Assembly (NCBI RefSeq): GCF_006345805.1
Contig: NC_042997.1
Coordinates: forward strand, 105,028,001 to 105,092,000
Direction: 5' to 3'
Origin: Octopus sinensis
Taxonomy: Eukaryota
DNA length: 64,000 nt
Shown in pieces: positions 28,561 to 42,534 of the stretch. Under the pieces are notes generated by a model that did not search any database, was not told where the DNA came from, and saw only the letters and a list, made by a program, of their open reading frames with translations. A program made the position numbers and the translations under genes. How positions within the stretch are numbered: the stretch's first letter is position 1; each line of letters opens with the position of its first letter.

Positions 28561-28712
28561 ATAATATTATTGCCGCACCAACGCACGGTTGCAACACTAT
28601 ATGGTTGTACCTCCAACCGTGCTGTTTTCTGCTGTGATTTTTGCTACCAAGGTATCGGTTAAACTTTTGATTAATCTACTACAAGATTATTCATCTTTCT
28701 ATTTCACATAAT

Positions 28713-28862
<150 letters not shown>

Positions 28863-29216
28863 CCATTACACCATGCGTGGCGCTATGTATGAGGTGTTTG
28901 GCTACGTATTTGAAGATTCCAGGTTCGGAGCTTACCAAGATCAAATGCATTTAATTTCATATACATTTTCCATTAAAATGTCTTTTGGTTGAGTTAGTGA
29001 TTAGATTTTGCTGTTCTATTCATTGTATATTTATATTTTCTTTCTTTTTTTATAAATAGAGAGTTGTACTGTAACTTAAAGTGAACAATACGCTTGGAAG
29101 AGTAGCTTTAAAAATTTAGCACATATTATCCATGAACATGAAATTAACACTAGTTATTTTATGAAAATCAATGTAGGTGCATTACATTTTGAGGTAACAA
29201 TTGGTGAGTTTGACAT

Positions 29217-29287
<71 letters not shown>

Positions 29288-29289
29288 TA

Positions 29290-29535
29290 AAGACTACCAT
29301 TCTGTCGGTTACTATGACAAGGGTTGCAGTTGATCCGATCAACAGCCTGCTCGGGAAATAAATGTTTAAGTTGCTGGGTATTCCACAGACACGTTGTACC
29401 CTTAACGTAGTTCTCAGGGAGATCCAGCGTAACAATCTGACCCATTGAAATAAAAGAACTACTAATTTTTACCGGCTCAGTGGACTGGAGAAAATCGCCA
29501 CCAGAATGCTCTAACAACTAAGCCATGCTCCTTAC
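29290..29535 (-). mobile_element. tRNA-headed SINE, family D, with (TTA)n tail at 29221-29288
   Basis: Minus strand ggagcatggcttagttgttagagc (A box) ... ctccctgagaactacgttaagggtac...gatcggatcaactg. Confidence 0.6.
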
Positions 29536-32104
29536 TTGGAATAATACACTGTTCTTAGAAACTATATAACTTTTACATTACATTCAGAACGTGGTAGTCG
29601 GAGGAAAGGATGGCTGCACCCATAACCTGGCTTGTTGTCATTGTGAATGTATTGAATGCAGCTATGTCAAATTAAATTCCACGTTTAAAGACCACGCAGA
29701 GGCTGGTACAAGAATTGAACTACTACCTTATAATCGTGAGTCGACGACCATATCCACTATGCCACACACGCACAGTCATGCGCGCGTGCATACTCACGCG
29801 CGCGTGCACACACACACACACACATACGAACCGAAATATGACACCCAAAGGAATAATAAGTGCGCCTCAAAATCATATATATATGTGTGTTTGATATATA
29901 TATATATATGTGTTCGATCATGCTGTTTGATATCTTGGGGAATTTCCTCGGGGCAATTTCCTCGAGGGTCGACTATGCATTATGTATAAATTCGGTAAAC
30001 GGAATGTGTGGAATCCAATGAGATAAATTGCATCTGTAATTTAAAGGTCTGGTTCTAAACAGCCACGCTGATTCAATACGAGCATTTAGTTAATATTATA
30101 CGTATCTATGGAATTCAATTAACAAGTAACTCAGTTTTTCATCAAAGAAATCGACAGAGATCCATTCTTTTTTTACTGTCTTTGTGTGAGCATGTGTGCG
30201 TGTATGAGTGTCTGTATAAACTGCTTGTTGTTACGTCATTGGTCTCCTTTTATATGTAGCCATGCAGCCTAAACTTACTTCCTTTCGAGTTACGTCATTT
30301 TCGACCTCAAATTCAGCCGATTTATTCGAGTTTCTTTAGTCTCAGCGATCATATTTCAAGGCAAAACAATTTAAAAACAAATAGCTGAAGTGCAAAAATC
30401 AAATGAAATAATTATAAAAATATGTATAGACCATATATTAAAACAAATGTGTGCTAACAAAATTTTTGAAATGTTTTTCCGTGTTACGTCGTTTTCCGAG
30501 TTAATTGGAACTAATTACTAATTACTGACGTAAGTTGAGGTATACCTGCACATGTAAACTCTACATAATTTCTCTTGGTAAAGAAAATAGAAAATTATAT
30601 GAGATATCCTAATTATTGGTGGTCTACATTTTTGCGATTCCTTTACTTCGTCGTCGAAGAGGATACAGGAAACTCTATAAAAATGATATATTAGATTCTA
30701 TTAAAGATGATCTATAAAAGATTTAGAAATAAATTACTAAGTTAATTGAGAACATGAACCGTTTTAAATTATTGGGTGAGTTTTGAATTATATCACGTTC
30801 AGTGGGGATTAAGTAACTTCCTCTCTATTATAGACATTTAGTTTCAATTTTACAAATGAAGTCACATTTTTAGTGGAGAAAAACCAGATTCAAGAAACAG
30901 ATACATAAACACCAACAAGTAAACTAAATTATTAAATACATATTAAGTTTCAAATTACCATATCACCACAATTTACTAATGTTTTACAGGAACAATTTTA
31001 CTTATTAGTTCATCATATTAGGTTATTTCTGAAGCGAAATGCGTTATGTGAAATGCAAGGTGTGCTTTTATTTGCTTAAGGTGTTTCAATCACCATACTA
31101 GTTTTCATTTAGTTATGTATATCTATGCTCTATATGTTTGTTTTATCTGAAGGACACGTCACGCTAATAATGCCGGAAAGAAGAGAAACTGGAGCGGATT
31201 CTGAACTTGGAACATCAACATATGAGTTTCTTCAAACGTTTTCGAAATCGGAAGCCTAATGAGAATAAAATGACATCAGCTGAAATAATTTTAATTACAT
31301 GGAATATAGAGAGAAACAAGATGATGTACGAAAACAGCGGAAACATGGGGAAAACATGAAGCAACATTCATTAATATTTTAGGCTGTTATCCAAATTCAA
31401 CATTCAAACTAACGGGAAGATGACTAGATGATAGTGTTAGATTCTAAATGCTTTTACAGTTCATTCAAATGGCATATGGAATGTGTTTCTGATGGATGTA
31501 ATGCAAAGCATCTGATAAGATGCAATTTCGATAAATGATATTGATATAAGTAGTGCCGTTGCATTTGGGGGTAATAAAATCTTATTTTGAAAGTGAAAAA
31601 CAAACAAAAAAAAAAGGAATCTGGAAAACAGAGTTGTATCTCACTGAACGAAAATTTGATGATGTTATGTAAAATATAAAGATGCATGATGTGTAATTTA
31701 ATAAGATAGGGATGTTATCTGAATTTATAATAGCAGTGTCAAAATATATGTCGATTAAATAAATTTACAAAGATCTAAGGCATATATTAAAAGGGAAAAA
31801 AACAAGGGTTGATTGGGAAAATACAGAGATATTTCTGACAATCATACTGACACGTATCAAAATTGCATAACGGTAAACCAACGGAACGTGTAAATGGTTG
31901 ATTGCCGTTGTCGATGCGGATGTTCTTGTTTAGCCCCAAGTTGAATCTGATCGAGCAGGAGATGAACCCAGAAGTAAACAGTGCTTACGATTCGATGCGT
32001 AACTGAGAACTGCTTTCGACATTTTTTGTTATTGCACGACAATACTCATCACATTGTACTCTTCCTCACTGTATTTAAAATCTCTCAGAAAGTATATATA
32101 TTTA

Positions 32105-33345
32105 TATCAGCTCATTAACAATGAAATGCCCTATTTTGAACTGAAATTTATTTTACTTTATCTCAACAAAATGTAATGCAGCTAATCAAAGTATGCACCT
32201 AAATTATCAACACAATTTTGCCATTTTATCAGTTGCTTATTTGTGCCGGCAACGAATAATTCTGGAGAGCAAGAGGTGCTGAAATCATAAAAGGCTGTTT
32301 TTGCATCTTCTTCAGACTGGCAGCTTTTTTACTGGCGAAAAGTTGTGTAATGCCTCGAAAACGTAATAGTCAGTTGGTGCATGGTCTGGTGAATATGGTG
32401 GATGGCAGAGTACTTCCAAGTTCAGTTCCTGTAATTTGAATAGCGTTCTTTGTGCAAATATAGTAGAACATTGTCTTGCAAGAGAAGTAGCCTGTCTTTA
32501 TTGACTGATCTCGGTCGTTTAATTGCAAGTTCACTCACCATTTCATCAAATTGGTTGATGTATACATCCGCTATATTTAACTGACCAGGTCTCATGAAGC
32601 TGTAATCGATGACAGAAGCGCTGGACAACCAAACACTATTAGCTTTTTTGATAAATATTCTTTTTCGGATTGTGTTTTGGTACTCCGTCTCACTCCAACC
32701 ACCGTGCAGAACGCTTGCTATTGTTGAAAAGAATCCATTTTTCATCACACGTAACAATACGATGCAAAAATTGTTCATCTTTATGCCGTGACAGCAAAGA
32801 ACAGCAAGTTTCAAGACGACGTGCCATTCGATGCTCGTTTAGTTCGTGTGGTACGCACTTGTCTAGCCTCTTTACCTTCCTGATTCGTTTCAGATTCTCC
32901 AATACAGTTAGAATCAAAACAGCAAACCTTGCTGCTAACTCACGCGTAGTTTGAGATGTATCCGCTTCCACTACAGTTTCCAGCTTATCGTTATCAGGTC
33001 TAGCACGGGGCTGATTTTCAAGAGTTAAATCACCAGACCGGAACTTCTCAAACCATCGACGTACAGTGCGCTCATTCGCTTCATCTTCACCAAACACCTC
33101 ATTGATGTTTCGAGATGTCTTGGATGCATTGGTTCCACGACGAAACTCATTTTCATAAACAACACAATTTTTTTTTTATCTATCCATGAGTTCACAAAAA
33201 TTGATGTACAAGAGAAAAACACATATAATCAGACAAAATGAATTGCATTTCGAAAAGTGATGGTGCAACACTTCAATGTTGTAAAACGAAGAATTGTCAG
33301 AATAAAACAGAGTTAACGGACATTTCATTTTTCATGACCTGATGT
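32105..33345 (-). mobile_element. Full-length but frameshifted mariner (DD34D) transposon
   Basis: TIRs tatcagctcattaacaatgaaatgccc and ggacatttcatttttcatgacctgat; motifs RTVRRWFEKFRSG, VPHEL, IVTCDEKWI, LLQDN, HPPYSPDHAPTDY; TA-rich flanks. Confidence 0.9.
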
Positions 33346-33376
<31 letters not shown>

Positions 33377-33385
33377 TATATATTA

Positions 33386-33424
<39 letters not shown>

Positions 33425-33643
33425 TATATATATATTATATATATATATATTTATAATATATATATATTATATATATATATTATATATATATATATAGATG
33501 TATATATGTATATATGTATATATATATATACACGTGGTGTTGTTTGTATATATACATGTTTGTATGTATATATACAAACATACACACTCATGTTATAGAT
33601 ACATATATGAGTACATAGGTATAACTGTGTGTATACACACCAC

Positions 33644-33711
<68 letters not shown>

Positions 33712-35419
33712 TATCAATTATTATCAATGGGAAAGGGAGAGAGATTTTAAAAGAGAAATAGAGAAGGAAATGTTAATAAATATTTGATGTAAGAAATTAA
33801 TCGGATCTTATATTTACCATTTAAGCTACGGCATCACTGACTGATTTATCACCATTTGATCTCAATCGTGTGTAGTTTGGAATGTTTGAAGCTCCCTGCT
33901 GTGCTTTCTCACTATTTCAAATACACATATATCCGAAGCAAGTACTTTTAAATGAATATTACCTCAGCATTAATTTTCAGCATAAATTTTGTCAAGTGAG
34001 CAAGCAAAACTGAAATATTTTAGTGGTAATAACATTCTCTTTACTTCATTGAAATAAATACGCAATAATATAATCTACAGCTGGAGCGCCAAGCATTGTT
34101 CACGCTGTTTTTGTTGTTATTGCTTTATCTCAAGAAAGAGATCTGTGGGCGAAGGGGTCCAAGTAGACTGTGGCGACAGAGCGTACACAGAATAACGTTA
34201 AGCTCTGTGTTATTCTTTTTATTTTCTCTTTTAATATTAGGGTACGATTGAAGTATATTCGGCTGTAATTCTTATATTTTTGTTGCACGGTTGCGAGTTG
34301 TGAAACACTACTCCATCGATGATTTATTTAAATTTAGCGGTTGAGTGATAAAAACATGCGTATTATTATTTCAGGCACGTGCTCCGAGACATGAAGGAAC
34401 AATTAATTTTTGTTGGGGCCGGGTAGCATAGAATTAGCGTGCCAGCAAACCACAGTTTCCTTTCTATGATGTATCGCCCTTGTATGCTTATCCGTTAACG
34501 ATTATGATTTTCCAACAGTTCTTTCTCAAACTCTTCTCATTGAATTGTGCAGTGGAGAGAAATGAATTTCATAACTATATTGTCACGAGCTACGATTAGG
34601 AAGACGAGTGGGGTGAAAAACGGTTTTCAGGTAATGATGTTGAAGATATACTTAGCCAATATACAAAAGGCAAATTACAAGGATTAGAGATCTGTCCTAT
34701 GAGCTCTGTTTGTAGATGACAGGCTTGTCCTCTCTTGCACTGAAAATGACTTGTTTCAGGGAGCATCAGGCTTAGAGAGCACTTCCAGTCGAGTGTGTTG
34801 CAATGACACATCGCTGATAAGGAAGGACATGAATAAGCGCGATGTAATAAAAAAAAATCTGACCCATAAATCTTCACAACGCAGAATTGAATGCTCTGAC
34901 GAACCACATCGGTTGGCGCTTGAAATCAATGTCATTTCGGAACGAGCACATTTGTGCGAAACTTAGCAGGCATTTTCGTATTCATCTTAGTGGATCGGAA
35001 ATAGATCTTGTATTGTCAGGATGCTTGTTTATTTGGATCAATCCAAAATGTTTGGGAACATAGATCATCGCTAACTTCCGATTGTTCTAAGTCCAAGCGA
35101 ATCGGTCCGAATTCTATAATTTACATAAATGTTTTCTATTTATCGCGCTGTTGATGAATAGTAAGCATTTCTGTAGATACATATAGCAGGAAAATATAAA
35201 ATTAACAAGATTTCTAGTAGAGATTATTTCAGATAGACTCCTACTATCAAAACTTTAACATGCTAAAACGGAAGTGGACACGAATGCCAATGCGCACATA
35301 AGCCAATGAACAAACTTTTGTATATAGGAGACACAAAATTATGAAGCTCATGAAATCACTTGAAACATTCGTGCACACCTTGCATGGATTTACTAGGGGT
35401 ATTGATATAACATTAGATT

Positions 35420-36290
35420 AAAGACATCACAAAGTCAAACTTGTATAAAAGTTATAAAAAGTAGCAACGTGTTAGATAAAGAAACAGAGACAAGACAGGC
35501 ATACACATACATCGGTATTAGGGTATAACTAACTGCCAAAAGAAACAACGCTAACGCTTCAGCAAAGCCTCGTATTACAGCATATCTTGCTAAGGTAATG
35601 GCATGAAATATCACTACGTAACCGATCTTTAAAAAACCGAAACAGGGATAGAGGGGGGCTAGAAATCACAGCACCACCTGAAAAATGTAGAGCTGAAATC
35701 TAAACTGATGGATTCTTGTGCAATAGGACAAAGTTAAAATCTACTTACCAGAAATCACCAAAATACAGCAGAATCGCTTTAGTATTTGCAGTATATATGT
35801 AGTTGAAGAAGAAAATTTACCTTATCCGCGTAAATTAAATAGCTGCGTTATATATAGTGGCGTAAAAAAAAACTCAATTAACTTCATCTTTTTAGCATAA
35901 TGAATGCATTTACAATGTAGGACGTTAGGTTCCCATTATGAAATATCAGTTGTAGGAAGTGAAATGCCTCATAAACAAACTATCTGTCTAAACAGGCGAT
36001 AATGCACATGAAAGAAAGTGAAGGAAACAAAAGCAATTCCCATAATAATAGGTGTCTTTAAATGATTAAAAGCAGGCACAAGAATACATAATCAAATTTC
36101 CAGAACTTACAAACAAGCATGATATAAGAGAAATAGCACAATTAAACAAATCCGCATACATTACACATCATAGAAATTTTTTTTAAAAACCAGATGTTTA
36201 CACAGAACATACCCAAGATACACACTGTTCTGCTCCGTAGTGCAGTTAATGCGAACAATACAATTGAGACGCTACTGAAAAATAATGATA
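35420..36290 (+). mobile_element. Highly decayed R4/Dong-like LINE fragment
   Basis: cattcccataataataggtgtc (IPIIIG) and a 3' UTR acatacccaagatacacac...ctactgaaaaataatgataat resembling family alpha; upstream match weak. Confidence 0.45.
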
Positions 36291-36749
36291 ATTATCATAT
36301 GAAAAAATAGGCCTAATCCGTATTGTATGAGAAAAATGCCCGTTGAATCGTAGCTCTCCCTAAAAGAAAAAAGAAAGATAAATCTAATGGTATCCTTAAT
36401 TTGAAGAGCATAATTAAACATAATAGTATAGACAGTGATGCTCTAATGATATCTTTAGTATAAGTCAGACTTATTTTATGTCTTACATATACTGCGACTC
36501 ACAGTATTGTTTAAATGACATATATTGTTTAAATGACATTCAACTTTCATCTTTACTATTTTATGCGCCTTCACATCATCCATTCTGTTTTGCTACAAAT
36601 CAGTTTTTCCTATGTATTTATTCATTCCAGCACAGTTATTACAGTTACGGCTACGTAAGTTGTAGGAAAACAGGTGATGGATCTATAGATTTGCAGTGTT
36701 TGTTATTTCTTTATTTCAGGGATTATTGACAGTTTTCTGTTCACTGAAC

Positions 36750-37650
36750 CAGTCAGGTGTTATTTCCAGTTCTTTATTATAATATTAGATATGTTTTCTG
36801 TTAATTAATCTGTGTCCTTCTTGAGTATTTCAGTCACGAGCTTGTAATTTTATCGAAGACCAGTGCCGTCCAATTGTTTGTTCAAGCGATGCCTAAATTA
36901 CTTTCTGAACTGGAATGTGTCTACCTAACCAGATTCCTTATGTACAAGGTGTTGTTGAGGCGATTCTTTTGTTGACCGTTCCTCTTCTCAAAATTCTTTC
37001 AATCTCTTGCAGAAAGTGTTACTTTGGTTTATGTTTTATTTGTGCCTTGTTCTTGTATAAAATGTTTATGGTTTAGGATCACACTGCTTGGTTATATTTG
37101 TATTCAAGAAAACGTGTCAGATTTCATAACCACAGATGCGTTGCAATTTAGCGAGGATCTGTTTTAGGCATTCTTTGGTTTCGGGTAGATTTTCGTTATA
37201 AGATAGTTCCGTTTTGTGTTTCTTCATATTTATTCACTATAACATTTTGTAATTGATTTCGTTAACACTAAATTCTTATATTTTCTAGCGTTTTTTTTTT
37301 CTGTATGTTTGCTTCCACGTTTTAATATCTTATATCTGTAATAGTGAAGGGATACACTGTTTCTTTTGTAACTACTATGGTTGTTGCATAATCCATTTTG
37401 TTTATGCTAATAATATTGATGTCCACCTTCGCTTTCATTAACTGCAGAAGGCTATGTTTGTGTTTTTGTTGTTATTTTATCGTTACATACATTCAATTAT
37501 TTCCATATTTACATTTCTTGATATTCATAATTTCCATTTATAGGATTTTCTATTCTTAAATTTCTATCATATTCCCTTATCTGCTGATTGTTTTCTGGTT
37601 CAGCTATTGCTGGTCATTTGGGTGTTTAACCCCTTAAAATTTTATCCTGT
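36750..37650 (-). mobile_element. Possible decayed Penelope-type reverse transcriptase relic
   Basis: Minus-strand ISADKG-like motif and traces of a later Q..GT motif, with many stops; by-eye match only. Confidence 0.35.
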
Positions 37651-38747
37651 ATATTTTCATTCAGAGATGTCTAGGAAATATGTATTTGAACGGAAATATA
37701 CATTCACTGTACTCTGGGGTATTTGTCACTAACCCGAAATACTTCATTCATGATGTTATTCCCGTTTTCTATCATTGAATATCAGTAACTTCACAATAAA
37801 TCATAACTGACCCAAAATAGTTTATGTACCTATTCTTCCTTACACACCGATTCAAAACAAATGATGAAAACTATATCGTTTACATACAAAAAATGTGTAT
37901 CTTAAGGGGTTAACATTAAGTTTGTTAATTACTCTGTTTTGTACGTGTTACTTCTGTCTTCGTGGCTTACCTTATGATTAATTCGGTTTTCGTCTCATTA
38001 TGTTCAATTTGTTTACTATACATGCGTTTATTATGTGTTTTTTGTTTGTTTTTAAAGGAATATATTTCTATCAATCTTTCTGGATATGAAAATATACCTT
38101 CTTAAATTAACTAGCTCATTGAGAACTAAATTATAGTGGTCTCGTTTCTGGAGTAGAATGTAACTGTGAATATACATGCAGTACCGAAATGTTTTCTTCT
38201 CTTGTCCATTTACACCTTTTCTGTTTCCGAAACTGTAGAACTTAAGTTCGGGCACTTATTAAGTTCTAATCATTGTCGATGAATTTTTTAAGGCTATTTA
38301 AAGTTTTGCGCTTTTTGGTATATTTTATGCATCAATTTCAAAGTACACTTGTCTCTTTTAATTTTTGGTGTGAATGATATGTTTTCACATTGCTCTTTAA
38401 TTTTATTTTATTTTACTTATTTTTGGTTAGAACTGGTGTTCATATTGATTTCTGCTGTGTTACTTTCCGTTCACAACCAACTAAATATGTGAACACGTGT
38501 AGTACATTACTAACATGCGATAAAAATCCAACAACGTTTCGCCAATCAAATAATGTATTACACAGCTACCTTTCAAAATGTTGGGAATAATTTTTTTTCC
38601 ATTTGATTGATTGCTATTTCAACGGTGTGAGTGGATAATTTTTCAAGTAACATTTAATATATTAATTGTCACCTTGTGTTCTCGTTAAACGTCCTCAAGT
38701 TTCTCTTAAACACATTCTGGATTATTAGTGTTGCTGCTGTTGTTATT

Positions 38748-38783
<36 letters not shown>

Positions 38784-38784
38784 A

Positions 38785-38844
<60 letters not shown>

Positions 38845-38865
38845 TATTAGTTTATTATTATTATT

Positions 38866-39203
38866 CTGAAAGACACTCGGATAGTTCTTTGATTTCCGGT
38901 TGTTCTTTACTTGAAAACAGGCCAATAACAAATCACCAAATGTTTCAAGTAGTGCCTTCTCCTCTGACTCAAAGAGACAATACTCTCCTCAGAATGCGAG
39001 CCGTACCCAACAATGCTGTCTTCTGGATCACTTCGAGTCTGACAGCAGCTCCAATATTCTTAATATATTTTTCAAAGCGCTTGGAAACTGCTCATAATGC
39101 TTCAATTACCACAGGTATCACCATTAATTTCTTCATGTCCCACAACTTTCCTTTCTTGTCCCGCAGTGGCTGGTATTTCTCACTCTTTTCTGTTTCCTTC
39201 ACT
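38866..39203 (-). mobile_element. R4/Dong-like LINE 3' fragment, family gamma
   Basis: EKSEKYQPLRDKKGKLWDMKKLMVIPVVIEAL*...IQKTALLGTARILRRVLSL*; (TTA)n on both sides. Confidence 0.8.
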
Positions 39204-39227
39204 ATCATTATTATTATTATTATCATT

Positions 39228-39390
39228 CAGTAGTTTTATTTCTAAAACGTGTCTTCACTTCACTACCGAGCGCAGCTCTTGTGCCTTGGGTATGTGCTGT
39301 GATTTGTTGTGATGCTCTGATGGCTACTGTATTGAAAGTGTTCTGCGTAGGATGTGTGCAGTGCCTAGTAGTGCAATTTTCTGTATGTTA
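39228..39390 (-). mobile_element. R4/Dong-like family alpha 3' end
   Basis: Near-identical to 23604-23770, same ttcagtagttttatt junction; (TTA)n on both sides. Confidence 0.85.
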
Positions 39391-39516
<126 letters not shown>

Positions 39517-39964
39517 CATTGGTTTCAAAATAATGTATTTGCACCCTTTACGTTTATAACATCGTGAACAAGTTATTTGCTGTTGAGTGGTGAGTTTATT
39601 AAATTGTTTTTGTTTTCTTAAATCAAGAATGTAAGGAGCGTCACCAAGTGCCAATGGGAGGGAGTGCATGAGTGCGAGCAGACTTCGGTCTGAAAGACAA
39701 AACAGACGATAGTCATGTTTTTCCCAGGGAAACAAACGAGAGAGACAACAGAGCCAATGTTTTCAATGAAGATCACTCAGAGGATCTTTTGAAAAGCAAA
39801 GGCTTTTTCTTTAGCAATATTATTCGATGGGAAAACATTAGCTTCGAGAGTGCAAGGGGTGAAGGCCCTTCCGTGAGCGAGGCAGCAGATGAGTTGGCTG
39901 CAAACAACAGCAACAGTAGGAACAGCAACAACAGCAACATCAGCAGCAGCACCTCAACAACCAG

Positions 39965-41050
39965 AGCGATGAAGAGGTGTGGTCACTGTTCGCCAGACAC
40001 GTATTTCCGCAGTTAGTTTTCTTAACGGGGCTGCAGTCCTGGGTAAAATAGAAACCGAGAGGGAGTTTTGGGAAAGTGAAATATCTTCAAGCACTCACAA
40101 CCCTCAGTCCATTGGACAGTGCGATAGATGGAACATCCACTTTAGCTTTTTATAGACGATTAGTAGAGGCGGGGTGCGACGACGTTCTTGGGGAGACATT
40201 AGGCGTCGAAGAAGATCAGTTAGTTGTTCTTTTCCGGAGAACTTTCTGGCCCAGACCAATGGATTATTTCTAAAAAATCTCTGACCTTGCAGTGCTACGA
40301 GGGAGCTCTGCTTGTTCGAGACAAACTTTACAGTCACGGAAGTGCCGTCAGCCGAGCATTTCCGAGGTGCGCGCTGTACGACGAGACGGTCCTTTATGCA
40401 CTCGTGCAGTCCCCGAGAATTGCTGACATGGGGATTATGTCGAACACCTGCTGTCGTGTGTGGGAAGGATTCGGCTATCAACTGAATCCATCCTGAAGAT
40501 CGCCCCACTGCCTTCCTTTAACCGGGAAGTAAATACTCTTTTCCTATTCCTGGTGATCATGGTGAAAGAAGTGTTGTAAACGAGATTAAAGGGACTGAAA
40601 ACAAACTTTTCTTTTTGGCCAATCTCTGATGAACTTCTTCAAGTCTCATTTGAAAAAGAAAATAAGAGTAAAGAGGGAAGTACTGTCTTCTAGTCAGTTT
40701 GCTGAAAGGTGGATGAAAGTGACGAGAATGGTGTGATTGAACAGGCCTGCTCTGAGCATATGCCTGCAGTTGGAAAGAGGATTGGAAACGAAGAAAAGAA
40801 AAGGCAGCTGCCCCCAAAGTCGGGGTACCTATGGTTTTTATGGGACGATTCCATGAGCAGCCCTCGAACGTCTCCTCCCTGTTGAGAATTACACATTGTT
40901 GAGCTTTTATTTTCAATTATATTAATCTTGTTAACACGCAAAACTCTCACAACTACACACGCTCACACACATACAGATACATTATTTTTTTGTCCTATGC
41001 TGTCCATAATGTGTTTTTTTTCATGTAAACCCTTGTGGTTAATAAAGAAA
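39965..41050 (+). mobile_element. Older Tx1-clade LINE 3' fragment related to the 16-23 kb element; pseudogenised
   Basis: EVWSLFARHVFPQL vs QVWSPFVRHAFPQL; FYRRLVEAGCDDVLG; QCYEGALLVRDKLYSHGS; DETVLYALVQ; ends gtggttaataaagaaa. Confidence 0.88.
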
Positions 41051-41053
41051 TTG

Positions 41054-41061
41054 TCGTCATT

Positions 41062-41099
<38 letters not shown>

Positions 41100-41111
41100 T
41101 ATCATCATCAT
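41054..41111. repeat. (ATC)n microsatellite immediately after the old Tx1 3' end
   Basis: Direct reading. Confidence 0.95.
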
Positions 41112-41335
41112 ATAAAGCTGCGAGGTTGACAGCATCTTTAGAACACCGGACAACATGCTAAGCGGCATTTCGTCCATCTTTACGTTCTGAGTTCAAATTT
41201 CGCCGAGGTCGACATTGCGGTTCATCCTTTCGGTCTCGATGAAATAAATACCAGTCAAGTAATGGGATCAATGAAATTGACTTGTCCATTCCCTAAAATT
41301 TCAAACCTTGATCCTGTAGTGGAGAGGATTATTAT
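41112..41335 (+). mobile_element. Family A SINE
   Basis: tttacgttctgagttcaaatttcgccgaggtcgac...catcctttcgg. Confidence 0.8.
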
Positions 41336-41877
41336 TATATAAGGACACAATATGATACAACTGTTAAGAACCTGACAAAATACCTTGGGGTGTTTTGCTA
41401 CGTGCCGTGCTCATGTGATTTCAAATTCTTTCGCGGCAAACTGTGCTTCTCACCATTCTGGGGTTTATAAAATAAATCCCAGTCAAGTGTTGAGGTTCAA
41501 CCGAATTAACTACACTCTTGCCCTGCAAATTGATGGCCTTCTGACAATGTTATTATTTAGGTTATCTGTCAATCTGTTAACCACAGAGCCTACATTTCCT
41601 CTTCTGTTCCAACTGAAAGGTTACGTGGTAATGAGATTCATAAACCCATGAACATAAAATATTAAATTGCTGGAGGAAATCGGAATCCACGTGGGAAAAA
41701 ACTGTAAGAAGAGTGATAACTAGCAAGAAGTTATAACAGTTATGTTTAGGGAGAAAAAAGGTGTAGTTTCTTTATTTCATAAAGGAGAAATAAAGAGTAA
41801 ATACATTACCAGAGAAATGCAAAACTGTACATTGATCTGAAACACACATGGACACACACTCACATAATCAAACACAT

Positions 41878-41924
<47 letters not shown>

Positions 41925-42213
41925 ATTTGTATATACGTGTGTATATTTGTGTGTGCGCGTGTGTTCATCATTCTGATATGATATGACCGAATTGTTAAGG
42001 CGTTTGCTTTGTATCAACGACGTCCTAGGATCGAAATCAATGCTTGGCATGATAGTTAAATTTAATTTTTAGCAGTCACAAATCGACCCATAATAGATGA
42101 ATAGAAGAAGATAGACAGAGAATGTATACAAGCTTAACAGATGGATTGTTCACGCAGTATAAGTGTTCACGCACATATTGAGCATGCATACATACATACT
42201 ATGTATATATTAT

Positions 42214-42259
<46 letters not shown>

Positions 42260-42458
42260 AAGACGCATATATAGTATGTACGTGTACGTGTTTGTATGAA
42301 GATACATGTATATGTATACATGTAGAAATGTGTGTATGCATGTATACACGTGTATACAGATGCATATATATGTATATATATGTGTGTGTGTGTATCTATG
42401 TGTGTACGCACACACACACACATATATATATACATATGTATATATGTATATAATATAT

Positions 42459-42503
<45 letters not shown>

Positions 42504-42534
42504 TTACACATATATATATATATATATATATGTA

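Noticed and set aside
34550-34970. Coding-looking stretch (EDEWGEKRFSGNDVEDIL...)
   Set aside because: Multiple stops and no recognisable family; cannot be supported without a search
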